NCBI GenBank assembly: GCA_049968255.1
Contig: JBMFRB010000003.1
Location: 96,001-160,000, forward strand
DNA: 64,000 bases
Reading direction: 5' to 3'
Source: Candidatus Sumerlaeaceae bacterium
Lineage (GTDB): Bacteria; Sumerlaeota; Sumerlaeia; Sumerlaeales; Sumerlaeaceae
Part shown: positions 1 to 8,971 of the stretch, one piece after another
How the letters are laid out: every line of letters begins with the position of its first letter
Position numbering within the stretch: position 1 is the first letter of the stretch
The notes under the pieces: generated by a model
Databases searched by the model: none
What the model saw: only the letters and a program-made list of their open reading frames with translations
Told to the model about the DNA's origin: nothing
Translations under genes and position numbers: made by a program

Positions 1-1533
1 TTACGGCATGCAGTTATCCTCGCTACTGTTTTTCTCATTGTTGCTGGGCTTATTTCGTTTGCTGTGCACATTTACGGTTATGTAAAATCCCAAAATTCAA
101 GGCCATTTACTCAGTGGTTGATGCACTACCGCGAGGTTAGTCCTGAACTGTTTGGTACCATGAGACACATTTCACTGGAAGGGTTGCATCGATATTTCTG
201 TGGCTTAGCGACTGCATTTTCTGGTTCAGCACCGTTTCTCCAGAACCCGAAACAGGCCACCAGCGAAAGTTGGCTGGTATTGGCAAGTGTCATTGGAGTC
301 ACGCTTGCTCTGCTTTTGCTATCACTTCGGTTTCTAAGGCGGAGTCGGCCACATGCGCTTGTGGTTGGCTCTTTCCTGTTCTGGATTATTACTGAAGAGT
401 CGTTTATTCTCTTGTGGGAGCCAGATATGATGAAGTCACGACTCATTACATTTCTGCCGCTTGCGTTTCTCATCGGGCAATTGCTGACACTTATTGATAA
501 AGGAGTGGATACGCGCAGATGGGGTAGTATAACAGCTAAGACACTGGTCATTGGGGTGGCGTTGTTTCAGCTGGCAGTTAACACAAAAAACCTTATTGTA
601 CCAGGGTTGCTTCAGAATTACCTCGATCCTTTCGAGCCGTATTTATATATGGTGAGAGCGGTTTCTGACAAAGATCTCATCGTCGCGTCTGATAGACATT
701 TTTATGCTTATCGAGTGGTATTCAATTTCCGTGCTAACCATGTTGCTGGAGGATGGGAAAATACAATAAAGCCCGGAATGCGCTTCGGGATCGATGTCAG
801 CGCGACAGATGACAAGTTTTGGGCACAAGCTTGGCCAAAGAAAGTAGCGCAGTTTAGACGGTCGCGAGACATTATTCGGACAAGACGGGGACGAATAATT
901 TTTGAGCAGCACGGCTGGCTGCGAGGAGTTGTTTTCGGTTACGGAGATGACTTTCCGCTATCTGGGCCGCTGGCGATGGCGAAGTTTGTTGGTTTGGCAG
1001 CCGAAGCACGTGCTCTTCGGGAGGGAGTTGACGAATGCCTCATGAACTGGGTCACTGACGAGGACAGGGAAGAGTGTTTCCGAACGCTTGCCGAACAAGC
1101 TATCGCCTGTGTGCAGGCGGCCTCCGGGAAAAAGAATTTGGGTGTTGAGCATTTGAGCACGAAACAGGAGCTTGTGTTGCATCGGCGTACCGACACAGAA
1201 AGCAAGAGCGCGACGGTGCTGGTTCCAGCGAGTGGGGTTTTCCTTGATGCTCCGGCAAAACTGATTGTGGCGGACCGAAATTTCAAAGCTGCGGATCTGC
1301 GCCGCATCGGGATGCGGTTTAGATGGACCGCCAAGGACAAGGTGTTCTGGATAAAACTCAATCCCGACCTGATGAACCGAGATGGGAGTGGACTGACGAT
1401 TGATCTGACGTTTTATCCTTGGATAGCTGGAAGAGTCATCGAGGAAGTCCTTATTGAAGCAGACTCAGGCGCAGGCGGTGAAGCAGGGATTGAAGCGAAA
1501 GTTGTCGCTAATCGTCCAAAAGCCCAACGATAG
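1..1533 (+). CDS. Multi-pass membrane protein, 5' truncated by window edge (possibly GT-C-fold glycosyltransferase-like) with soluble C-terminal region
   Basis: Frame is open from base 1 and in frame with the 64..1533 ORF. It has several hydrophobic TM segments followed by a soluble domain. No diagnostic motif was recognised. Confidence 0.6.
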   Translation, partial: LRHAVILATVFLIVAGLISFAVHIYGYVKSQNSRPFTQWLMHYREVSPELFGTMRHISLEGLHRYFCGLATAFSGSAPFLQNPKQATSESWLVLASVIGVTLALLLLSLRFLRRSRPHALVVGSFLFWIITEESFILLWEPDMMKSRLITFLPLAFLIGQLLTLIDKGVDTRRWGSITAKTLVIGVALFQLAVNTKNLIVPGLLQNYLDPFEPYLYMVRAVSDKDLIVASDRHFYAYRVVFNFRANHVAGGWENTIKPGMRFGIDVSATDDKFWAQAWPKKVAQFRRSRDIIRTRRGRIIFEQHGWLRGVVFGYGDDFPLSGPLAMAKFVGLAAEARALREGVDECLMNWVTDEDREECFRTLAEQAIACVQAASGKKNLGVEHLSTKQELVLHRRTDTESKSATVLVPASGVFLDAPAKLIVADRNFKAADLRRIGMRFRWTAKDKVFWIKLNPDLMNRDGSGLTIDLTFYPWIAGRVIEEVLIEADSGAGGEAGIEAKVVANRPKAQR

Positions 1534-1635
1534 GCCCACAGATGCGTTCGGTCCCAACTGCCAACTTGCAACCAATGCACCCTAGGCGAAATAACCAAAT
1601 CAGCCGAGCCTCGGCATTGGCATTTTACCCGGCAA

Positions 1636-1741
1636 AGGCAGCTTCGTCGAGTACACATGTCCCGTGAACGAGCCGCCGGGCGAGTGTGCAGTTCAGGTGG
1701 GGGCGAACACCCCGAACTGCCGGTTCATGACGGAGTTGCCT
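1636..1741 (+). ncRNA. Candidate structured leader RNA of unknown class
   Basis: Nested stems: AGGCAGCTTCGTC 1636-1648 / GACGGAGTTGCCT 1729-1741 (two G-U pairs on the + strand), TGAAC 1665-1669 / GTTCA 1723-1727, GCAGTTC 1688-1694 / GAACTGC 1714-1720, GGTG/CACC. Intergenic, upstream of the DUF362 operon. Confidence 0.3.
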
Positions 1742-1879
1742 GAATCCTGAAAAGCAAGGGGAGCCGCCATGTGGGAGGCGCGAGGAAGGCATCACTTTGT
1801 CCGTGACAACCCATGAGGTGCGTAATGAAATAGAGCTCATGCCGAATTCACGGATCGCAGCAGGTAGGACATCGGGACG

Positions 1880-2899
1880 ATGAAAACGGCTGGTGAGAAG
1901 CACGGGGCTGACAAGACGGACGCGAGTCGTCGGCGGTTCCTTAGGCGCCTCGCGGAGACGGCGGTGCTGGCCGTGGGTGCAGGTGCGGTCTACCGACTTT
2001 TTCACGATCCACACGGTCCACAGTCGCTGAGCCGGCACACGCTGGAGGTGGAAGGGCTGCGCGGGTGGAATATTCGCGATGTGCCACCGGCGATGGCGGT
2101 GGTCCGCGGCGAAAAACGTCGCCTAGCTCTCGAAGCTGCCTTTGATGCTCTCGGAGGACTTTCGAAGTTTATCCAGCGTGGCGACCGTGTATTGCTGAAG
2201 GTGAATGCGGCTTTCGCTACACCCCCGGAGCTTGGTGCAACGACTCACCCCGAGCTTGTGGAAGCGCTTGTGGCGTTGTGTTTGAAAGCTGGCGCTGCCG
2301 AAGTGATTGTGGCGGATAATCCGATCAATAATGCCGATAGCTGTTTTCGTATCACAGGGATTGGGGCTGCAGCGGAGCGCGCCGGCGCAAGCATTCTCTT
2401 GCCGCGGACAAGGGCTTTTCGCCCATTTTCGCTCCCCGATGGCCAACTCATCAGGCGATGGCCTTTATTCGCCGAGCCGCTGGAACGCGCTACGAAAGTC
2501 GTCGGCGTGGCTCCCGTGAAGCATCACAACCGCAGCGGTGCCTCCATGACGATGAAGAACTGGTACGGTTTGCTCGGTGGGCGGCGAAACGTGTTTCACC
2601 AGGATATCAATACGATTGTCGCTGAGCTAGCGCGAATGATGCGCCCCACGCTTGTCGTTCTGGACGGCACCTACGTAATGGTGCGCAACGGTCCTACCGG
2701 CGGTTCGCTTTCTGACCTTGAAAGGCGCGACACGCTCATTGTTAGCACCGATCAGCTCGCGGCTGACGCGTATGGGGCGGTGCTGCTCGGGAAATCGCCT
2801 GACGACCTGCCCTACCTACGCATGGCGGAGCAGGCCGGCGTGGGCACGACGAGTTATCGGGCGCTGAGCTTTCACGAAATCGGGAGTCAACCATCATGA
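1880..2899 (+). CDS. DUF362 domain protein with Tat-like signal
   Basis: SRRRFL motif plus h-region. DUF362 motifs GDRVLLKVN, ATTHPELV and SMTMKNWYG. Confidence 0.85.
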   Translation: MKTAGEKHGADKTDASRRRFLRRLAETAVLAVGAGAVYRLFHDPHGPQSLSRHTLEVEGLRGWNIRDVPPAMAVVRGEKRRLALEAAFDALGGLSKFIQRGDRVLLKVNAAFATPPELGATTHPELVEALVALCLKAGAAEVIVADNPINNADSCFRITGIGAAAERAGASILLPRTRAFRPFSLPDGQLIRRWPLFAEPLERATKVVGVAPVKHHNRSGASMTMKNWYGLLGGRRNVFHQDINTIVAELARMMRPTLVVLDGTYVMVRNGPTGGSLSDLERRDTLIVSTDQLAADAYGAVLLGKSPDDLPYLRMAEQAGVGTTSYRALSFHEIGSQPS

Positions 2900-4659
2900 G
2901 AATCGTCATCGTTCGTCGGATCTCCCAAGCCTTCTTTCTGCTTTTGCTCATCTGGTTTTGCATCGTCATGACGGTGGGAGAGGAGTGGTGGCAACTGCGA
3001 GGTTGGCCTGTGGGCTTGCTTCTCGATCTTGATCCGCTTGTTGCTTTGGCCACGATCCTCTCCACGAAAACCCTCTATGCGGGTCTCGCCTGGTCTCTCG
3101 TCACGATTATTGTCACGCTGTTGTTTGGGCGTATCTTTTGCGGATGGGTTTGCCCATTTGGCACTCTTCATCAATTTTTTGGATGGCTGGGACAGCTTGG
3201 GCGGCGCCACCGCGCGCGGGTGGAAGCGAACCGTTACCGGCGCGCACAGGTGGTGAAGTACTTCATTCTCCTTGTTTTTCTTGGGATGGCGGCGTGGCCT
3301 TTCGCAGGTTCAGGCGCTCTGCAGATTGGTCTCCTGGACCCCATCGCCTTTGTTCACCGCTCCGTGAACCTCACTGTGTTGCCCGCGGTGGAATGTCTCA
3401 CGGGACGCTCGCTGGCTTCCGCCCAGCGTTTTTACTCCGGGGCGTGGCTCATTGGGACGCTCTTTGTCGCTGCCTTGCTGGCGAACTTTTATATTCCGCG
3501 CTTCTACTGCCGTTTCCTCTGCCCGTTGGGAGCATTGCTTGGTCTGCTTGCGCGCTTCTCGCTGTGGCGCATCGCGATGACGGCGCCGCGGTGCACTTCC
3601 TGCTCTCTGTGCGAAACCGCATGCGAAGGCGCGTGTGACCCTGCCGAGAAAATCCGCATCAGCGAATGCCTAATGTGCTTCAATTGCCTCGACGATGTGT
3701 GCAAAAAGAAGTTCTTGGCCTACCGCATCCGCGAGTCCGATGCTGGTGAGATCAAACTGCCACCAGATTTCGGGCGCCGTGGCATCCTGGCCTCACTGGC
3801 GAGTAGCGTGTTGGCCGTTCCTCTTTTGAGGCTTGAGGGAACACTCGGCTCCAATCGCAAGCCTAACCTTGTGCGTCCGCCTGGAAGTTTGGCCGAAGAA
3901 GAGTTTCTTGAGCGCTGCATCAAGTGCGGGCAATGTATGCGGGTGTGTCCGACAAATGTGCTCATGCCTGCAGGGCTGGATGCGGGGGTGGAAGCTCTTT
4001 GGACACCGGTTCTCAATTTCCGCATTGGAACGAGCGGCTGCCAGGTCAATTGCGTAGCATGCGGACATGTATGCCCCACTGCAGCGATTCGGCCGCTTTC
4101 GATCGAAGAGAAGCGTGGATTGGGACGCTATGCCGAGCGCGGTCCCATTCGCATTGGCACGGCGTTCGTGGACCATGGACGCTGCTTGCCTTGGGCCATG
4201 GACACGCCGTGCATCGTGTGCGAAGAGAATTGTCCCACTGCGCCCAAAGCCATCTACGTCCGCGAAGAATACAGGCCGGTGCGCGCAGGCGCGATGACTG
4301 TGCGCGATGTTCAGGGCAAAGTGTTGCGCCTCGATGGGGCGCGCTTGGTGCCTCGCACTTACGCCACGGGCGACTTCTTTGTTCAGCCTGTCAGCGCAGC
4401 GGCGCCGCGGTTGCGAATCATGGGCAACAGCCAGGACGCGCTCACTCTCGATCGCCCAGTTCCGTCGGACAAGTTAGCCAGTGGTTCGCGTGTCGTCATC
4501 GTCGTGCGTCTGCAGAAACCTTACGTTGAGCCGAACCTGTGCATCGGGTGTGGCATTTGCGAACACGAATGCCCTGTGAGCGGGCTCCGGGCCATCCGCG
4601 TGACCGCAGAAAACGAATCGCGAAATCCGGCGAGCGCGTTGCGCCTGCCCCAGTCTTAA
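2896..4659 (+). CDS. Membrane polyferredoxin, 4Fe-4S binding protein (NapH/MauN-like TM part fused to NapG/MauM-like ferredoxin part)
   Basis: Motifs GRIFCGWVCPFG, FYCRFLCPLG, RPPG..EEEFLERCIKCGQCMRVCP and CIGCGICEHECP. ATGA overlap with the upstream gene. Confidence 0.9.
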   Translation: MRIVIVRRISQAFFLLLLIWFCIVMTVGEEWWQLRGWPVGLLLDLDPLVALATILSTKTLYAGLAWSLVTIIVTLLFGRIFCGWVCPFGTLHQFFGWLGQLGRRHRARVEANRYRRAQVVKYFILLVFLGMAAWPFAGSGALQIGLLDPIAFVHRSVNLTVLPAVECLTGRSLASAQRFYSGAWLIGTLFVAALLANFYIPRFYCRFLCPLGALLGLLARFSLWRIAMTAPRCTSCSLCETACEGACDPAEKIRISECLMCFNCLDDVCKKKFLAYRIRESDAGEIKLPPDFGRRGILASLASSVLAVPLLRLEGTLGSNRKPNLVRPPGSLAEEEFLERCIKCGQCMRVCPTNVLMPAGLDAGVEALWTPVLNFRIGTSGCQVNCVACGHVCPTAAIRPLSIEEKRGLGRYAERGPIRIGTAFVDHGRCLPWAMDTPCIVCEENCPTAPKAIYVREEYRPVRAGAMTVRDVQGKVLRLDGARLVPRTYATGDFFVQPVSAAAPRLRIMGNSQDALTLDRPVPSDKLASGSRVVIVVRLQKPYVEPNLCIGCGICEHECPVSGLRAIRVTAENESRNPASALRLPQS

Positions 4660-5217
4660 CGAAAAAGCCTTCCCGCGTCCACCCGCGGAGAAGTTGCCAA
4701 CTTCACCCATAAGGTGGAATCCTCCCGCCATGCTTTGACGGTTCGTGCAGGGAAAGCGCAGCGTGATACTTTGCCGCTAAGTGAGCAGTATGTTCGTAAG
4801 GTTCGGCCACAGAGAACCTACGATTAGCCGAACCAAGCCAAAAGTGGAGATCTACTGCTGGACACAGGCGCGCAGACGGACTCAATCAAAGGCTATTCGC
4901 TCTTAGCTTTATGGCTCACTAACCCAAAACGAAATCATCATAGGAGATTGCTCGCTTGCGCGCACCGTTACCTCATGTCTCTGCAACGACTGCGACACAG
5001 ATGACCTTGCCATCAATCCCCATGGGCTGGGGCACATTCTCGTGCACCTAAGCAATGCGGCTTACTTTCGCTTTGCCACGGGGCAAGTTCTTGATCGCGA
5101 GCGCGACGAGACGTCGAAACGCCTTTCTGAGGACGGCCGCCTCAGTCGCAAGTTTGCGGTTGCGAGAAGCTGGTGATATTTCGTAGGAATTGGAGATACT
5201 CCAGAGAGGAGAAGCCC

Positions 5218-6435
5218 ATGACGACACGATTCGATCGAAGACAATTCCTTGCATCGCTCGCCGCTGCAACGGTGGCAGGAAGCAGACTTCTTGCGGCAGC
5301 CGAACAAACTAGCGCGCCGGCGACTTCCGCAAGCACGCAAACCCTCACCGTTCCGCGGCGTCGCTACGGGCGTACCGGTGTGGATGTGTCCATCCTTTCG
5401 CTCGGCGGAATGTTCGACATCCCCAACAATCAGCTCATGCTAAAGAAGGCTCTCGATTGGGGAGTGACGTATTGGGACACGGCCGATTGTTACGGCAATG
5501 GGCAAAGCGAGCTTGGCATCGGCATGTTCTTCGAGAAAATGCCCGAGGCACGTAAGCAGGTGTTCCTCGTCACCAAGAGTGATCGGCGCGATCCCGCGGG
5601 TATCACGGAACTGCTCAACCGCTCGCTCGAACGCATGAAAACGGATTGGATCGATCTTTACTTCATCCACGGTGTCAGCTCGCCCACCGAGATTACCGAT
5701 GAAACGAAGGCTTGGGCAGAAAAAGCTAAGGCCGAGAAAAAGATTCGCTACTTCGGCTTCAGCACACACAAGAATATGGAGGAATTGCTCGAGTACGCCG
5801 CCAAACTCGGTTGGATTGATGGCATCATGGTGAAGTACGACTATCGTCTCATGCAGACGGACCGGATGCGCAAAGCGATTGACGCTTGTGTAAAGGCTGG
5901 CATTGGCATCACAGCGATGAAAACCCAAGGCGGTGGGCCCGTGCGCACGGACACGGAAGAGGAAATCAAGATTGCTGGTCACTTCCTCGCGAAAGGCTAC
6001 ACGCCGGGACAAGCCAAGCTGAAAGCCGTGTGGCAGGATGAGCGCGTGTCCGCGATCTGCTCGCAAATGCCAAACATTACCATTCTGAAGGAGAATGTTC
6101 TTGCGGCGGCAGATGATAAAAAGCTAACAGCCGAAGATTGGCGCGTGCTGCAGCATCACGCCCTCGCCACGGCGAGTTCGTACTGCCGTGGTTGCGCACA
6201 TCTTTGCGAGTCAGCTCAGGGGTGCGAGGGAGTACCCATTGCCGATGTCATGCGCTTCATGATGTACAAAACAAGTTATGGTGACGTGGCGTTGGCGAGC
6301 GAGCAGTTTCGCGCTCTGCCAGAAGAAGTGCGTCAGCGGCTAGCCCGTGGAACATTTGCAACCGCGGAAAAAGTGTGCCCACAGGGGCTTGCCATTAGCA
6401 GCATCGTGCGCGAAGCCGTGCAGACGTTCGCCTAA
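5218..6435 (+). CDS. Aldo/keto reductase with Tat-like signal and C-terminal Fe-S motif
   Basis: DRRQFL motif. AKR residues in YWDTADCYG, FLVTK and DLYFIHG. C-terminal CRGCAHLC and CPQGL. RBS GAGGAG before ATG 5218. Confidence 0.88.
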   Translation: MTTRFDRRQFLASLAAATVAGSRLLAAAEQTSAPATSASTQTLTVPRRRYGRTGVDVSILSLGGMFDIPNNQLMLKKALDWGVTYWDTADCYGNGQSELGIGMFFEKMPEARKQVFLVTKSDRRDPAGITELLNRSLERMKTDWIDLYFIHGVSSPTEITDETKAWAEKAKAEKKIRYFGFSTHKNMEELLEYAAKLGWIDGIMVKYDYRLMQTDRMRKAIDACVKAGIGITAMKTQGGGPVRTDTEEEIKIAGHFLAKGYTPGQAKLKAVWQDERVSAICSQMPNITILKENVLAAADDKKLTAEDWRVLQHHALATASSYCRGCAHLCESAQGCEGVPIADVMRFMMYKTSYGDVALASEQFRALPEEVRQRLARGTFATAEKVCPQGLAISSIVREAVQTFA

Positions 6436-6638
6436 CATCTTGCGAGAGTTTTTCGTCTTAGCAGGCGCGGCTTGTCAGCGTGGGGGAAGGGAATTTTGCG
6501 TGCACAGTGCAGGACTTGTGGGCTGCTAACCATCGCAACGTCGCTAGGGGACTAAATAAAAGCGGAAAAAGAGACAGGGATCGTTGCGTGTCCTCCAGCT
6601 CCTTGCAAATGAGATATGAGCCAACACAGAAAAAAGAA

Positions 6639-6712
6639 TGGGCCCACTAGGATTCGAACCTAGGACCAACCGGTTATGAGCCGGCCGCTCTGACCAGCTG
6701 AGCTATGGGCCC
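6639..6712 (-). tRNA. tRNA with CAT anticodon, most likely tRNA-Ile2 (lysidine type); CCA not encoded
   Basis: Reverse complement GGGCCCATAGCTCAGCTGGTCAGAGCGGCCGGCTCATAACCGGTTGGTCCTAGGTTCGAATCCTAGTGGGCCCA folds as a cloverleaf with a TTCGAA T-loop. G1-C72 is paired, so it is not an initiator tRNA. Confidence 0.93.
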
Positions 6713-7016
6713 GCGCATCTCATTTTACCATTTCCGCGTCAAGTGATTCCCTGCGCTCTCAACGCTGCATGCATGAGCCCACCACCATAGTTATGGCCAC
6801 ATCCCAGAGAGGAACATTTCGCCTGCGAAAATGTCGAACACGAGGGGGCAGAGGTGACCGCTGTAATCCGAAGTTCGTTGAAGCGTATCTTTTTATGTGG
6901 GCGAGCGAGTGTTTCAGAAAACGCCAACGGTGAATTCAAATTGACTGTAGGACGTGAGTAATATGATGAAAAGCGTGCGATCAAAAACTCTAGACCTGAT
7001 GGAAAGTGCTCCAGCG

Positions 7017-8834
7017 ATGAAGCAGTGGCGAAGGTTGGCAGCAGTGGGGTGCGTTATGCTGGCCTGCATAATCAGCAGCAGCGGATGGGCGCTTCCAGGT
7101 TGGCTAACAAGTTACAAGGCCGGATTAGCTCAAGCAAAACGCGAGGGGCGGCCGCTGGTCATAGACTTTGCGAGCGCCACATGTCCAGCCTGCCGCATGC
7201 TCGAAAGCCGCACCCTCAGCGATGCACGGGTGCAAGCCGAGCTGGATAATTTTGTGCGAGTTTACATTGACGGCAACGAACAGGTGAGTCTGCGGGAGAG
7301 TTTTGGCGTGCAGTATTATCCGACCGTGGTCTATCTCTCGCCTGATGGAAAGATCCTAAAGCGCCATGTTGGGTTCGTCGGGCCCGATGAAATGACACAT
7401 GTTCTGCGCAGCATTGCGAGCCGCGTGCCCAACGCTCAGCTGGAGCAGGCCAGAGCCGATGCTGGCGGCGGCACGAAGGCGACGCAGTCACTTCCCGCAG
7501 GTGCCAAATCTTCTGCGCGGACGTCAAGCAAGCTAAGCGACAATTTCTATGAGACCGTCGCGGCCGAAGGCGCGAAGCAAAACGCCCCGGCAAAGCCTAC
7601 GGTCGTGGCCGTGGCGCCGGCAGTTCGCACCGATCAGAAAACTCGTGTCGAATGGGTGGCCGCAGGAGCTGATGCCGGAGAGGCGTCGCGCGGTGGTGGC
7701 GAGGAGAAATTGCTGGCGCAGGCATTACCCGCACCGAAGAATGTCGAAACCCCTGCGCCGCTGGTGCATATCAAACCTGAATCTACGCCGGAAGCTCCAA
7801 AGGCGCCAACGACCCACACGCCGGCTGCCACTGCGGCGGCGGAGTCGAAATCGGTGCTTCCCGACTCAGTAAAAAAATTGCAGTCTCCTTCCATCAAGAA
7901 AGGCGAAGAAACCGACGCGAAGAAATCCGCAAAGAGTACCCCCGTGGCGCAAAGCAGTAGTGCAGCACTATCCGAGGCTGCGCCTGCTATGCCAGTGGCG
8001 AGTCCTGCTGCAAGCAAGAGTACAGCCAAAAACACCGCTGCGAAACTCCAGCGCGGCGAAGCATCAGCGCAAGAAAGGCAAACGGACGTCGAAAGCGCAA
8101 AAGCCACGCCCAAGCCTCGTGGCCCCAGCGAAGTCACCGCGAAGGACATCGAGGACTGGTATGCGGATGCCGAAAATAAACTTGTGGCAGGGTACAAAAA
8201 GGAAGCGCGAGCGATGTACGCGAAAATCGTCGAGCGAGATCCGACCAACAAATTTGGCAAGAGCGACATCGCATTCATCAAGATGGTGGCACTCATGGTC
8301 GACCGCGAGGATGACCAACTTCGCCGCACCGCTTACGTGAAGATCAGAGAGTTTCTGAAGCGATTCCCTGATTCGCCTTACAAGGACTACTATACAGTGG
8401 TGCGGTCGATTTTGGCTGCGGACCTCGGTGACTATGCTGAGGCTCATGCGCTGTTGGACCGTTTCCCTGAGGAGTTCCCGAATTCGCGTTACCAAGATCT
8501 GGCGCGGAGCGTATGGGAGGAGCTCCCGAAGGATATCAAAAGTCTTCGCAAGCGCCCCGACCCAACTTCGACATCGCGGGTGGCCGCCGCAACACGCAAC
8601 ACGAAGAGCGGGGCAACCGCCTCCAGCTCGGCGAAAAAGCAATCAAGCGCAACGAGCGCCAAATCCGGGTCCACGAAGAGCAGCGCGTCGAGTGTCTCGT
8701 CGGCGTCCAAAAGTACTTCCTCCCGAAAGGAGAGCAGCGGGGGCGCCTCAACGAAATCGAGCACGAACAAGAGCAAATCGTCCACTTCGTCCAAATCGAA
8801 ATCGAGCAGCTCAGTCTCGCGCAGCAATGAGTGA
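7017..8834 (+). CDS. Secreted thioredoxin-like (CPAC) protein with low-complexity linker, TPR-like domain and Ser/Lys-rich tail
   Basis: Signal peptide, then GRPLVIDF..CPAC..YYPT thioredoxin fold, then TPR/BamD-like helices (FLKRFPDSPY, FPEEFPNSRY). Start is uncertain (6954-7017). Confidence 0.75.
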   Translation: MKQWRRLAAVGCVMLACIISSSGWALPGWLTSYKAGLAQAKREGRPLVIDFASATCPACRMLESRTLSDARVQAELDNFVRVYIDGNEQVSLRESFGVQYYPTVVYLSPDGKILKRHVGFVGPDEMTHVLRSIASRVPNAQLEQARADAGGGTKATQSLPAGAKSSARTSSKLSDNFYETVAAEGAKQNAPAKPTVVAVAPAVRTDQKTRVEWVAAGADAGEASRGGGEEKLLAQALPAPKNVETPAPLVHIKPESTPEAPKAPTTHTPAATAAAESKSVLPDSVKKLQSPSIKKGEETDAKKSAKSTPVAQSSSAALSEAAPAMPVASPAASKSTAKNTAAKLQRGEASAQERQTDVESAKATPKPRGPSEVTAKDIEDWYADAENKLVAGYKKEARAMYAKIVERDPTNKFGKSDIAFIKMVALMVDREDDQLRRTAYVKIREFLKRFPDSPYKDYYTVVRSILAADLGDYAEAHALLDRFPEEFPNSRYQDLARSVWEELPKDIKSLRKRPDPTSTSRVAAATRNTKSGATASSSAKKQSSATSAKSGSTKSSASSVSSASKSTSSRKESSGGASTKSSTNKSKSSTSSKSKSSSSVSRSNE

Positions 8835-8971
8835 GAGGCGCCCCTATTCTCTGGGACCGAAAGCGCCTGTGGGGGAAGGCAGCTGCCGTCTGTGTTGGCA
8901 CACGTGCCGCATCATCAACTCCCCAGCAAAGACGTGGGAGTTGGTAGGTAGGTGGGGAACACGGACACATC

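Noticed and set aside
1735-1820. c-di-AMP (ydaO) riboswitch
   Set aside because: Only GCCTGAATCC..GAAA resembles it; the GGTACGG and ACCCGACAGCTAAC elements are missing.
6436-6712. tRNA as an integration site for an island
   Set aside because: No integrase and no duplicated tRNA 3' end seen in the window.
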